From contig CM075997.1 of NCBI GenBank assembly GCA_038087875.1, positions 558,001 through 622,000 on the forward strand: a stretch of 64,000 nucleotides of DNA, given 5' to 3'. This document shows, piece by piece, positions 12,901-25,155 of this stretch. The notes under the pieces are model-generated. The model was not told the DNA's origin. It saw nothing but the letters and a program-made list of their open reading frames with translations, and made no database searches. Origin of the DNA: Malacoraja senta (Eukaryota). Position 1 is the stretch's first letter. Every line of letters begins with the position of its first letter. A program made the position numbers and the translations under genes.

Positions 12901-14347
12901 TCTCCAGAGATGCTGCCTGTCCCGCTGAGTTATTCCAGCTTTTTGTGTCTGCCCTCTTTTCTCGCCACCCCTCCCCCCACGTCGGGTCTCCTCTGTGTTT
13001 TGCCCCACCCACAGAAGGGAATCTGTGGCGTCCACGCCTGACTTCTCAGCCACCTCGGGGCGGAGGTGGCCAGCTGAGAAAGCAATGAACGAAGATACAA
13101 GTTTAGAAACACTGGTGTTGCATTAGCATGTCGGTCATGTGACAACCAGGAAATTAGTGTTGCAACTTTTCAGCTGCTACAGGATGAGTAACCAGGATCT
13201 GATATGTAGGAAAGAACTGCAGATGCTGGTTTAAATCGAAGGCAGACACACTACACTCCCACCGAAACGTCACCCATTCAATAAACACAACAGACAATAG
13301 GTGCAGGAGTAGGCCATTTGGCCCTTCGAGCCATTCAATGTGATCATGGCTGATCATCCACAATCAGTACCCCTTCCTGACTTCTCCCCATTATCCCCTG
13401 CGCTATTTTTAAGAGCCCTATCTAGCTCTCTCTTGAAAGCATCCAGAGAACCTGCCTCCACCGCCATCTTCTCTCCAAAGATGCTGCCTGTCCCGCTGAC
13501 CAGATCTGATACATCTCTCCAACTGAGCTCTCTACCACACTGAACAAATGTTCCTCTAACCACAATATATTTTTTACACAACCTCATCTGGAGGGACCAT
13601 TCTTCATCTCATAGCTCATAAGGAATAGGAGTAGAATTAGGCCATTCGGCCCATCAATTCTATTCCGCCATTCAATCATGGCTAATCTATCTTTCCCTCC
13701 TAACCCCATTCTCCCTGCCTTCTCCCCATAACCCTGACACCCGTACAAATCAAAAATCTTATCTATCTCTGCTTTAAAAATATCCACTGACTTGGCCTCC
13801 ACAGCCTTCTTTGGCAAAGAATTCCACAGATTCACCACCCCTAACTAAAGCACTTATTACTAGTGACACCAGGAGGAGTCTGTTTCCCCTTAACAAGGAG
13901 CTTTTATTACAAGTTCAGTGAATTCACAAGTAAAGCACATTGTGCTGCAATGCCAGGATAAGTGTTCAATGAAGAAAACCCAAGCCCAAAGCCAAATGAG
14001 TATCTAAACTACCTATACAAACTTATGATATATGACAATAACTAACTCCCCATTCAATAATAAACTATCTAAAGTTTACAAGCACATAAACATTAATCAT
14101 GTAGATGCCAGTATATCATTAGGGTTATCAAGTGGGCACAGAATCATAATTATATTTTATTAGCTAAGTATGTTTTGCAACATACGAGGATTTTCATTTG
14201 CCATACAGTCATCAGACCAAATAAAAGCAACAGAACACACAAATACATTTTAACACGAACATCCACCACAGTGACTCCTCCACATTCCTCACTGTGATGG
14301 AAGGCGAAAAAAAAGTTCAATCTCTTCCCTTCTTTGTTCTCCAGCAG

Positions 14348-14800
14348 TCGGTAAATGGTAGCGAATTGAGGAATGCAGTTGAACAGAGGGATCTAGGAAT
14401 AACTGTGCATAGTTCCCTGAAGATGGAATCTCATGTAGATAGGGTGTTGAAGAAAGCTTTTGGGGTGCTGGCCTTTATAAATCAGAGCATTGAATTATAG
14501 AAGTTGGGATGTAATGTTAAATTGTACAAGGCATTGGTGAGGCCATTCTGGAGTATGGAGTACAATTTTGGTCGCCTAATTATAGGAAGGATGTCAACAA
14601 AATAGAGAGAGTACAGAGGAGATTTACTAGAATGTTGCCTGGGTTTCAGCAACTAAGTTACAGAGAAAGGTTGAACAAGTTAGGTCTTTATTCATTTGGA
14701 GCGCAGAGGTTAAGAGTGGACTTGAAAAGAAAAAAAATGTTCGGCACGGACTTGAAGGGCCGAGATGGCCTGTTTCCATGCTGTTATGGTTATATGGTTA
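14348..14800 (+). mobile_element. CR1-type LINE fragment
   Basis: ELRNAVEQRDLGITVHSSLK and LSYRERLNKLGLYS motifs. Confidence 0.8.
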
Positions 14801-16809
14801 TATGGGGGTCTCTCACCTTCCCGTTGACGGGACGATCTTACTCCCGTGGCGCGCGGTGGGCCTCCTAGTCGGGGCGATCAAGCTCCTGCATTTGGGGGGG
14901 GGAATCTCAGCTCCCCCGCACCGGGCGATCCTACCCCAGGTCGGGACTAGTCGAACGTCGTGCGGCTTTTTGGAGCTTCCGACGTCGGTCTCTACCCGAG
15001 ACTGCGAGCTCCTTGGTGTTAAGGTCCGCAGGCCACGTTGGAGCATCCATCCCAGACACGGAATCTGCTCCGATGGTAATTCCACGTCCCCCGCGGTGGG
15101 GCTCAAAGTCAGTCCCGAGCAAGGCCTCCAGCTCCACGATGTTAGGCCGCAGAGCGACCGGAGATACGATCCCGGAAAACAATCGCATCTCCGGCAAGGT
15201 AAGAGAGTTGCCCCCGACCTGCTCCCCCACACCCAACCCCCAAATAAAAACAAACCAGAGAACATTAACATTAACTTTTAAACACTAAAAATAACACACA
15301 GAAAAGAGAGGACAGACAGACAGACTGTTGGCGAGGCTGCCATCGAAGTGCCACCCGGTGGAAAGCTGGAGTAACTCAGCGGGACACAGGCAGCATCTCT
15401 GGAGAGGAAGGAATGGGTGATGTTTTGGGGTCAAGACCCTTCATCAGACATCAAATGGGCACCTCCCTTCACTGGTGTTCGTTGAGTCAGGCCTACGATA
15501 CCTCACGAAGGCACGACAGTTAGTTCTGGCGTCCCAGAACCACCCCCCTCAATACCTGCTCTCAACACCTACACTACTGTGCAGTTAACTATGTAAATAT
15601 CTACAGATGATTCATTCACTCAAACAAATGCTAAATGCTCGCATCCTGCCCCACACTTATCCTAAACCATCAGCAAACAATTGTAGCATCACAAATATCA
15701 ACCTCGCATATAAACACCCAGATACACTTACACAGAAATACACTTATCAAGAAATACGTGCGTTATATCCTTTCTGCCACCAAATTACACTTAGTTTAGT
15801 TTAGTTAGAGATACAGCACGGAAACAGCCCCTTCGGCCCATCGAGTCTGCACCGACCCCCACACACTGACACTATCCTACACACACTAGGGACAATTTGA
15901 CATTTATACCAAAGCCAATTAACCACAAACCCTGTATGTCTTTGGAGTGTGGGAGGAAACTGAAGTTCCTGGAGAAAACCCACACAGATCAACAGTGATA
16001 GGAGTTGAATTAGGCCATTCGGCCCATCTAACTCTGCCATTCAAGTCATTTTTTTGAGTCATCATATTGTTTACAAGTGGACTATGTTTACATATTCTGT
16101 TGTTGCTGCAGCAAGTAAGAATTTCATTGTTCTGTCTGGGACACATAAGATAGTCAGACCTGTAACTCCAGGAGACATGAGATCTAGAATCTCTCAGCCT
16201 GAAGAAGGGTCTCGACCCGAACCGTCACCCACTCCTTCCTTCTGTGCAGAGATGCCGCCTGCTCGTCCCGCTGAGTTACTCCAGCATTGTGTGTGTGTCT
16301 ACCTCTGCTGGAGTCTTGAGTCGAAATGCAGGAACGCTGGAGGAAACTCAGCGGGTCGGGCAGCGCCTGCCAGAGAGGGAACGGCGGAGACGGGACGTTT
16401 CATGTCGGGGCCATGGGGAGGATATGGAAAGGGGAAGCTGGAGAGTCATTGTTTGTAAAATCGCATCCGGATAAAAGCAGCGACTGGACCCTGTGTGTGA
16501 GGGGTCCGGAAATGAAATGGGAACGGATCCTGCAGGAGAAGGGAGCAATTAGACTTTGGGCACATCCTTGAAAGAGGAGCGGTGTGAAAATGCTTTAGTT
16601 AATTAACATGGGCTGGGAATGGACTGAGTCTGTTGTCCACTGTAATCCCCTCTCCCCTCCCTCTCTCCTCTTCCCTTCCTCCTTGTCTCCCCCTTCCTCT
16701 CTCCTCTCTCTCTCTCTCCCTCTGAAATAGATAAGGTGTTCAGCAGCTTCCAGCCACAAGTTGTTTTTTTTAAAGGTTCCCCACTTCCTTGTTTGACAAT
16801 TTGACAATC

Positions 16810-16901
16810 ATGTTGAGACGCCAAGGGAAGCGGTTAGGTTTCTGTCTGAGCGAGAAAAAAAGGAAGAAATTAAATGTTCTGGTCTTCGTGGAGCTGTGCA
16901 G
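16810..16901 (+). CDS. ITPK1: ITPK1-like (inositol-tetrakisphosphate 1-kinase) coding exon 1
   Basis: MLRRQGKRLGFCLSEKKRKKLNVLVFVELCR versus human MQTFLKGKRVGYWLSEKKIKKLNFQAFAELCR. GTGAGT donor; a likely acceptor AG ends at 16730. Confidence 0.93.
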
Positions 16902-18997
16902 GTGAGTGGACGTTTGCTTTCGGCGTCTTGGTTTGTCAGAGATGCAAGTCGTGGTCACTGTCCTGCGATCCCTGACGTGAAGGGACGTATAAATGTGCAG
17001 GAAGGAACTGCAGGTGCTGGTTTACACCGAGGATCGACACACAAAAAAACGCTGGAGTAACTCAGCGGGGCAGGCAGCATCTCTGGGGGTGAAGGAATGG
17101 GTGACATAAAAACATAGAAAACAGGTGCAGGAGGAGGCCATTCGGCCCTTCGAGCCAGCACCGCCATTCAATGTGATCATGGCTGATCGTCCCCTATCAA
17201 TAACCCGTGCCTGCCTTCTCCCCATATCCCTTGATTCCACTACCCCCTGGATCGAGAGCCTTCTTCACCCATTCCTTCTCTCCAGAGATGCTGCCTGAGT
17301 TACTCCAGCATTTTGTGTCTATCTTCGATTTAAACCAGCATCTGCAGTTCTTTCCTGCACATAAATATTACAAGTGTTCTTTTTTTTAGAAATAATCTCA
17401 CTGGCTTTCTGTGGGTTCAGATGGAGTTTGTTTTAATGTTAAAGAAGGAACTGCAGATGCTGGAAAATCGAAGGTATACAAAAATGCTGGAGTAACTCAG
17501 CGGGTGCAGCAGCATCTATGGAGCGAAGGAAATAGGCAACGTTTCGGGCCGAAATAGCGAAGGAAATAGGCAACGTTTCGGGCCTGGAGTTGCCTATTTC
17601 CTTCGCTCCATAGATGCTGCTGCACCCGCTGAGTTTCTCCAGCATTTTTGAGTTTGTTTTAATGTTCCTTTTCCGTATTGGGTGGGTAAAGATTTATATA
17701 GCGCGCACAGACCCTTCGGTCCACCAAGTCCATGCTGACTGCCCTGTTTCTGCACTGACTTTTTCACACAGAGAGTTAGTTGTGAGTCTGTGGAATTCTC
17801 TGCCTCAGAGGGCGGTGGAGGCCGGTTCTCTGGATACTTTCAAGAGAGAGCTAGATAGGGCTTTTAAAGATGGCGGAGTCAGGGGTTATGGGGAGAAGGC
17901 AGGAACGGGGTACTGATTGGGGATGATCAGCCATGATCACATTGAATGGTGCTGCTGGCTTGAAGGGCCCTATGGCCCACTCCTGCACCGATTGTCTATT
18001 GTCTATTTCTATGCTAAACTAAACTACAATCTTTGTTTTGCCTGTCATCCAGACAGATCAGACAAATACCATACATACCTACAATCAAGTCAAACTCAAG
18101 TACAATAGGTAGAGCAAAGAGGAAGATGCAGAATATAGTTCTCAACATTGTAGCGCATCAGTTCCATGTGTGTGTTTGAAGATTTTGCATTTCTTTCATT
18201 CGTTCTGTATCTCTCTACCTCACCATCTATTCACTGGAGTTTAGAAGGATGAGGGGGATCTTATAGAAACATATACAATTATAAAGGACTGGACAAGCTA
18301 GATGCAGGAAAAATGTTCCCAATGTTGGGCGAGTCCAGAACCAGGGGCCACAGTCTTAGAATAAAAGGGAGGTAATTTAAGACTGAGGTGAGAAAAAACT
18401 TTTTCACCCAGAAAGTTGTGAATTTATGGAATTCCCTGCCACAGAGGGCAGTGGAGGCCAAGTCACTGGATGGATTTAAGAGAGAGTTAGATAGAGCTCT
18501 AGGGGCTAGTGGAGTCAAAGGATATGGGGAGAAGGCAGGCACAGGTTATTGATTGGGAATGATCAGCCATGATCACAATGAATGGCGGTGCTGGCTCGAA
18601 GGGCCGAATGGCCTCCTCCTGCACCTATTTTCTATGTTTCTATGTTTCTATATCTCTAGTTTCCCTTTCTCCTGACTCTCAGTCCGAAGACGGGTCTCGA
18701 CAAGAAACATCACTATTCCTTTTCTCCAGAGATGCTGCTGCCAGACCGCTGGCTTGAAGCGGTGGTTTCTGTTTTGTAACCCTGACTCACTGACTCAACC
18801 ATCGACCTCCAGTCTAAGATGAGCACATGATTCAGGGGCTGAGCTCATTCCTAATGGATTTGGTAACTAACCACTGGCTCAAGGCTGGTTAACAAGTGGA
18901 AGCACTTCATAGCTTAACTTCAAGTTCAAGTCTTAGTTTCGATGAAATGAGCCGCCCTGATTGAAAATTTCACGCAAGTCTTTGGTTTTTTTTTCAG

Positions 18998-19022
18998 GAA
19001 GAGGGGAATTGAAGTTGTCCAG
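18998..19022 (+). CDS. ITPK1: ITPK1-like coding exon 2 (25 nt)
   Basis: KRGIEVVQ (human KRGMEVVQ); bounded by tttcag and GTGAGC. Confidence 0.92.
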
Positions 19023-19049
19023 GTGAGCATAGATTTTATTCCCCATTCC

Positions 19050-19089
<40 letters not shown>

Positions 19090-20050
19090 TTGTGTGTTTG
19101 CAAAAATACACGCATGTAAATTTGTACACATGTAGTTGTACCATATTCAAGTAGCAAAGAACATATTCTCCACCATGTAGAATTGGCAGCAACATGAATA
19201 CTTACTCACATCTTGCTCTCCGGGTTCCTGATCATTAAATTTGGTTTGAAACACTCTGCGGGGTCGGAAATCCAATTGCAGCTGTGAGCAGAAGAAGCCA
19301 GCAATGTTGTGTTAATGTAGAGCGTTGGAAAAGATAGCTGGGACAAGTTGCTTTGCTCACTGGCTATAGGGGGATGTATCACCATTGGACACCAGCCTGC
19401 TCAACCTTGAACCCTGAACCCTGTACAGTACAGCACAAGAACAGACCCTTCAGCCCGCAATGTCTGTGCTGTTACAAGATGGCAGCGGAGGCCAAATCAC
19501 TGGATGGATTTAAGAGAGAGTTAGATAGAGCTCTAGGGGCTGGTGGAATCAAGGAATATGGGGTGAAGGCAGGCACGGGTTATTGATTGGGGACGAACAG
19601 CCATGATCACAATGAATGGTGGTGTTGGCTCGAAGGGCCGAATGGCCTCCTCCTGCACCTATTTTCTATGTTTCTATGATGCCAAGTCACCATTGAGACA
19701 TCACTGGGTTCTCTCCAGATCAGTCGGAGCAAGATTAGTGAAATTCTACAGCTATTTTCCAGACTTCTCAGCCCCACAGAGTATTAGAAATGTTTTACAA
19801 ACTTGCACATGAAGTTTAACTGCAGCTGTTGTTGTGTAGAAAAGTGCACAAGCTCTTTGTTCTGGGAAGCTCCCGCAAATGGTTAGGCTGAAGATGTTTA
19901 CAGTGTAATGGGGAGAAAAAATGAAGGGTGCTTTAGTAAGGTTGGTAAAATGCTTGCAATTGCCTCTTCACATTGGTGAACAACCAGGGTTAATGTAAGA
20001 CGCCAAGTGTTGGAGTAACTTGGCATAGTTTTGGTGTAAAGTGTTGGGGT

Positions 20051-20365
20051 CGGGCGGCACGGTGGCGCAGCGGTAGAGTTGCTGCCTCACAGCGCCAGAG
20101 ACCCGGGTTCGATCCTGACTACGAGTGCTGTCTGTACGGAGTTTGTACGTTTCTCCCGGTGACCTGCGTGGGTTTTCTCCGGTTGCTCTGGTTTCCTCCC
20201 ACACTCCAAAGACGTGCGGGTGTGTAGGTTAATTTGCTATGGTAAAATTGTAAATTGTCCCTCGTGTGTGTGTGTGTGTAGGTTGGTATTAGTGTGCGGG
20301 GATCGCTGGTTGGCGCGGACTCGTTGGGCCGAAAGGCCTGTTTGCCCGCTGCATCTCTCAAATAA
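20051..20365 (+). mobile_element. tRNA-derived V-SINE (HE1-like), full length
   Basis: A box TGGCGCAGCGG, B box GGTTCGATCC, V-domain GGGTTTTCTCCGG..GGTTTCCTCCCAC and a CR1-like tail. Other copies at about 22228-22517, 27213-27510, 29157-29720, 36700-37003 (-), 48190-48565, 51141-51372 and 52208-52515. Confidence 0.88.
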
Positions 20366-21070
20366 AGCAAAAATGGATATGATTGTTGCTAGTTTACGCA
20401 ACCTCTGCTGCTCTTTGTCCTCCGTTATTGTCCTGGTGTCAGGGCCAGTGGTCCATGTCAGCTGCTGCTTCAGTCTAGGGGGTGAATGATCCTGTCTCAT
20501 AAAGCTGTTGCTCAGCCCCCCTTCTCTGACCTCCTTATGCCTCCAGCAGTTGCTGACGGCGAGGCCACTGGGGAGAAACAAAATTGCTGAATAAAAAGTC
20601 ACCTCTCTATGGTCTTCAGGGGATGTTGCCCGACACTAATGTGTAGGAAGGATCTGCAGATGATCAGCCATTCCTTCTCTCCAGAGATGCTGCCTGACCC
20701 ACCAAGTTACTCCAGCTTTTTGTGTCTATCTTCGGTATAAACCAGCATCTGCAGTTCCTTCCAATACATTAAGTATAAATGTGGATATGTGGATATAGGA
20801 AGGAACTGCAGATGCTGATTTAAATCGAAGATAGACACAAAATGCTGGAGTAACTCAGCGGGACAGGCAGCATCTCTGGAGAGAAGGAATGGGTGACGTT
20901 TCGGGTCGGGACCCATCTTCAGACTGAGAGTCAGGGGAGGTGGAGGGGGGAGATACAGAGATAAGGAAGGGTGAGGTGTGAGCGTTTCGTGCCCAGATCA
21001 CCAATATCTTGTTGATGCAGTTATTGTTTTGAAATGACATTTTTTTTTTTTTTAATCTGGGTTCCTGCAG

Positions 21071-21196
21071 ATTGACTTGACCAAGTCCATCGAGGACCAG
21101 GGTCCGTTTGATGTGATCATCCACAAACTCTCTGATCTCATGGTGGAGGCTGATCGGGACGATTCGCGATCTCAGCAACTCCTCCAAAAGTTTCAG
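21071..21196 (+). CDS. ITPK1: ITPK1-like coding exon 3
   Basis: IDLTKSIEDQGPFDVIIHKLSDLMVEADRDDSRSQQLLQKFQ; 126 nt with AG/GT boundaries. Confidence 0.95.
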
Positions 21197-23496
21197 GTAT
21201 CAACCCCAGTCTTGTGCTCTCATAGTGGGCTGTGACCAGCACTGAGGCGATTCGGCCCATTGCTCCTGTGCTAGCCCTCCACTCACTCCCACTCTCCCGC
21301 TCCCTCCTCCCCCAAAGTCTCCACCTCTTCAATTTTTCTAGCAACTACAAAAACATCTAACCCTTCAATTTTGTCCTCATCATTTCCCCTTACCTGCTGG
21401 AACCTGCAATTAACGTTGCTTAAGTTAAATTTAGTTTAGAGATACAGCGTGGAAACAGGCCCTTCAGCCCACCGAGTGCATGCTATCTATGCTATCCCAC
21501 TTTCTCACCCACTCCCCACACACTAGGGACAGTTTTACAGGGGGCCAATTGACCTACAAACCCGCACGTCTTTGGGATGTGGGAGGAAACTGGAGCACCC
21601 GGATGAAACGTTGTACTTTTTCATCCTGTTACAAAATAAACATTGACCAAACCACATGGAATGAGAAGGAAGGAACTGCAGATGCTGGTTTACACCGAAG
21701 ATAGACACAAAATGCTGGAGTAACTCAGCGGGACGGGCAGGGCAGCATCTCTGGAGGAAAGGAATGGGTGATGTTTCGGGTCGAGACTTTTCTTCGGACT
21801 GTGAGTCAGGGGAAAGGGAGTCTAGAGATATGGAAGGGTAAGGTGTGAAAATGACAGATCTAAGGAGACGACGATAAGGAAATGTAGAACGGTAGCTGAG
21901 GAGAAGGCATTACAATCAGTAATATTTAATCGGGAGGATAGTCAGAGAACTAGGGTGTGGGTGAGATGGAGAGAGAGGGTTATTTGATGTTAAAGAAATC
22001 AATATTCAATATCGCTGGATTGTAAGCTGCCCAAGTGAAATATGAGGAAATTGGCTTATAAATCAGCATCACATTTTTTTCTCAATGTATTGCAAGAGGA
22101 AATCCTGTTTTTTAAATTCTAAGTTAGACGGTAGCTTTCGTTCCGACCACCTCCGTCAAAGCACAGAATGGGAACTGATCAGGTCTGCAATTAGGCTAGG
22201 AGGATTGGTTCATTGTTAACGCAACCAGGGGCATCACAGTGGCGCAGCGGTAGAGTTGCCGCCACACAGCGCCGTAGACCCGGGTTCGATCCAGGCTTCG
22301 GTTGCTGTCTGTATGGAGTTTGTACCTTCTCCCCTTGACCTGCCTGGGTCTTCTTCAAGAACCTTCGGTTTCCCCCCACATTCCAAAGACGTACAGGTTT
22401 GGCTTGGTATAAATGTAAAGATTGTCCCCAGTGTGTGTAGGATAGGGTTAGTATGCGCGGAGATGGCTGGTGGGACGAAGGGCCTGTCTCCACACTGTAT
22501 CTCTAAACTGAACTAAATTGGAAGGACGTGAATCTTATCATTCTAGGAATGCTGCCTGACCCGCTGAGTTACTCCAGCACTCTATGGGGTTTCTCAAAGA
22601 ACCTCACTGGCTATGCCATTTCGGGACATCCCGATTAAAACTTTTCACTGTACCTCAGTGACTCTAATAAACGACAGCATGGAAAACAGGTCCCTTCGGC
22701 CCACCGAGTCCGCGCCGACCATAGATCACCCGTACACTAGATCTATCCCACACACACACACCAGTGATGATTTACAGAAGGGACAATTAACATTCATACC
22801 AAGCCAATTAACCTACAAACCTGCACGTCTTTGGAGTGTGGGAGGAAACCGGAGCGCCCGGAGAAAACCTATGCAGTCACAGGGAGAACGTGCAAACTCC
22901 ATACAGACAGCACCCGTAGTTGGGATCGAACCCGTGTCTCTGGCGCTGTGAGGGTTGAACCATACCCCCTGCGCCACCATGCTGCCCTGATGTTACGAAA
23001 TTATTAATGCAGTGTTCAAGAAGGAACTGCAGATGCTGGAGAATCGAAGGTGGACAAAATTGCTGCAGCAGTCTGAAGAAGGGTTTCGGCCCGAAACGTT
23101 GCCTCTTTCCTTCGCTCCATAGATGCTGCCGCACCCGCTGACTTTCTCCAGCAATTTTGTCTGCTACCTTATTAATGCATATCCTTAACTACTGTTTGAC
23201 ACCTGTATGTTGCAGCTCCTAGACTGTGGAACAGCATCCCTCTTCCCATCAGAACTGCCCCCTCCATCGACTCCTTTAAGTCAAGACTTAAAACTCATCT
23301 CTACTCCCAAGCCTTTCTTGACGTCCTCTGAGCGAGGGCTGTATGTATGTAGTGATGTTTGTATTTAATCTATGAACCACTGTTGTTTGTTATACAATTC
23401 TTATACCAAATGTAAAGCACTTTGGCCAACGAGAGTTGCTTTGTAAATGTGCTATATAAATAAAAGTGACTTGACTTGACACCTTTTTTGTACCAG

Positions 23497-23614
23497 GATT
23501 ATGTTGATTCCCATCCTCGGACCATCCTGCTGGATCCTCTGCCTGCCATGCACCGGCTCTCCGACCGCTTCCAATCCTACAAGCTCATTCAGCAGCTGCA
23601 GAGCCTGGACCAAG
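23497..23614 (+). CDS. ITPK1: ITPK1-like coding exon 4
   Basis: DYVDSHPRTILLDPLPAMHRLSDRFQSYKLIQQLQSLDQ; 118 nt. Confidence 0.95.
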
Positions 23615-23770
23615 GTGGGTTTGACTGGACACCATCAGACTACGCGCTCTGTGATACCGATCTACAGGAGTGCCATTAGGATAGAACACACTGGAACTCT
23701 ACCGCTGCGTCACCGTGCCACCCCCCCTACTTGGCTGATGGTGACTCTGTTTGCAATCTGCCCCATGTAG

Positions 23771-23869
23771 ACCAACACTTCTGCAACCCTCCCTATCTGG
23801 AGCTGTCCAAGGGAAGTCCAGGCGAGATCCTGCATCTGATCCGACAACAGAAGTTCTCCTTTCCATTTA
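23771..23869 (+). CDS. ITPK1: ITPK1-like coding exon 5
   Basis: DQHFCNPPYLELSKGSPGEILHLIRQQKFSFPF; 99 nt with GTGAGT donor. Confidence 0.93.
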
Positions 23870-23953
23870 GTGAGTATCTGTTAGTTCGCTCTGTGTCCAT
23901 AGCCACCCGTCAGGACGTCCCCCACCTCCTCCCCTTCCGTGCAGCAGCTTTAA

Positions 23954-24344
23954 GCCCCTGTCCCAGTTAGGAGACCTAAACAGCAACCTCTGGTGACCTT
24001 GCCCGCCACTACAAGGTTCCCATGAGGTCACCGGAGGTTTTGGTCACTCTCCCTAATGGTCGCAAGTGGTTTCCGCGTGGTCGAGGCTTCATCTAGGTTG
24101 CTGCTATTTTTTCATCATGTTTAAAACCGGCCTCGACTAAAAATAGGTTGCCGTTTTAAAAATCGATCATTTTATTGTCGCAGGTCTAGTCGAAGCCGGT
24201 TTTCTTCATAGTGGAGGAAGGTTTTCAACATATGCCTGGGAGGTGGTAGGAGGTTGCAGGTCACCTCGACCTTGATTTTTTTTTTTGGGTGGCGGGCAAG
24301 GTCACCAGAGGTTGCTGTTTAGGTCTCCTAAGTGGGACAGGGCC
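23954..24344. mobile_element. Non-autonomous DNA transposon (MITE) with long TIRs, flanked by TTAA
   Basis: About 55-bp TIRs (GCCCCTGTCCCA..TTAGGAGACCTAAACAGCAACCTCTGGTGACCTTGCCCGCCAC). TTAA at 23950-23953 and 24345-24348. Confidence 0.85.
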
Positions 24345-25114
24345 TTAAGTTTACAGCATGGAAACGGGCCCTTTGGCCCGTCTAGTCTCGACGACCATCG
24401 ATCACCCATTCACGTAGTTTATTAGAGTCATGTGTACTGAGGTACAGTGAAAAGCTTTCTTGTTGCGTGATATCCAGTCAAAGTATAGACAATACATGAT
24501 TACAATCGATCTGTCCACAGTGTACAGATACAGGAGAAAGTACAACGTTTAGTGCAAAGATATAAAACTGAAGTTCGATAAAGTCTGATTAAAGATAGTT
24601 CATAGATCTCCAATGAGGTAGATAGGAGGTCAGGACCGCACTCTGACTGGTGAGAGGATAGGTGCAAGAGTAGGCCATTCGGCCCTTCGAGCCAGCACCG
24701 CCATTCAATGTGATCGTGGCTGATCATCCCCAATCAGTACCCCGTTCCTGCCTTCTCCCCGTATCCCCTGACTCTGCTATCTTTAAGAGCCCTATCTAGC
24801 TCTCTCTTGAAAGTATCCACAGAACCGGCCTCCACCGCCCTCTGAGGCAGAGAATTCCACAGACTCACAACTCTGTGTGAAAAAGTGTTTCCCCGTCTCC
24901 GTTCTAAATGGCTTACCCCTTATTCTTAAACTGTGTGTGGCCCCTGGTTCCAGACTCCCCCAACATCGGGAACATGTTTGGACTCCTCTAGTGTTGGACA
25001 GTTTAGCTCTGGGATAAAAGGTTCCGACTGTCTACCCTATCTATGCCTCTCATAATTTTTCAGTTTGGAGACACAGCATTAATTGAAAGTAATTTCTGAT
25101 TTCTTCTCCTGCAG

Positions 25115-25155
25115 TCTGCAAAACCAGGGTTGCCCAGGGTTCGAGTTCCCATGAT
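25115..25155 (+). CDS. ITPK1: ITPK1-like coding exon 6
   Basis: ICKTRVAQGSSSHD (human ICKTRVAHGTNSHE); 41 nt. Confidence 0.94.

Noticed and set aside
14778..15288. GC-rich overlapping ORFs of 90-170 aa
   Set aside because: No recognisable protein family or splice pattern; probably part of an unclassified repeat.
3400..16700. UBR7, TMEM251 or GON7 exons expected from human synteny; ITPK1-like non-coding first exon
   Set aside because: No recognisable coding match by eye. Highly diverged remnants or non-coding exons cannot be excluded without a search.
20051..20120. tRNA gene
   Set aside because: The A/B boxes belong to a SINE head that continues into the V-domain, with many degenerate copies in the window.
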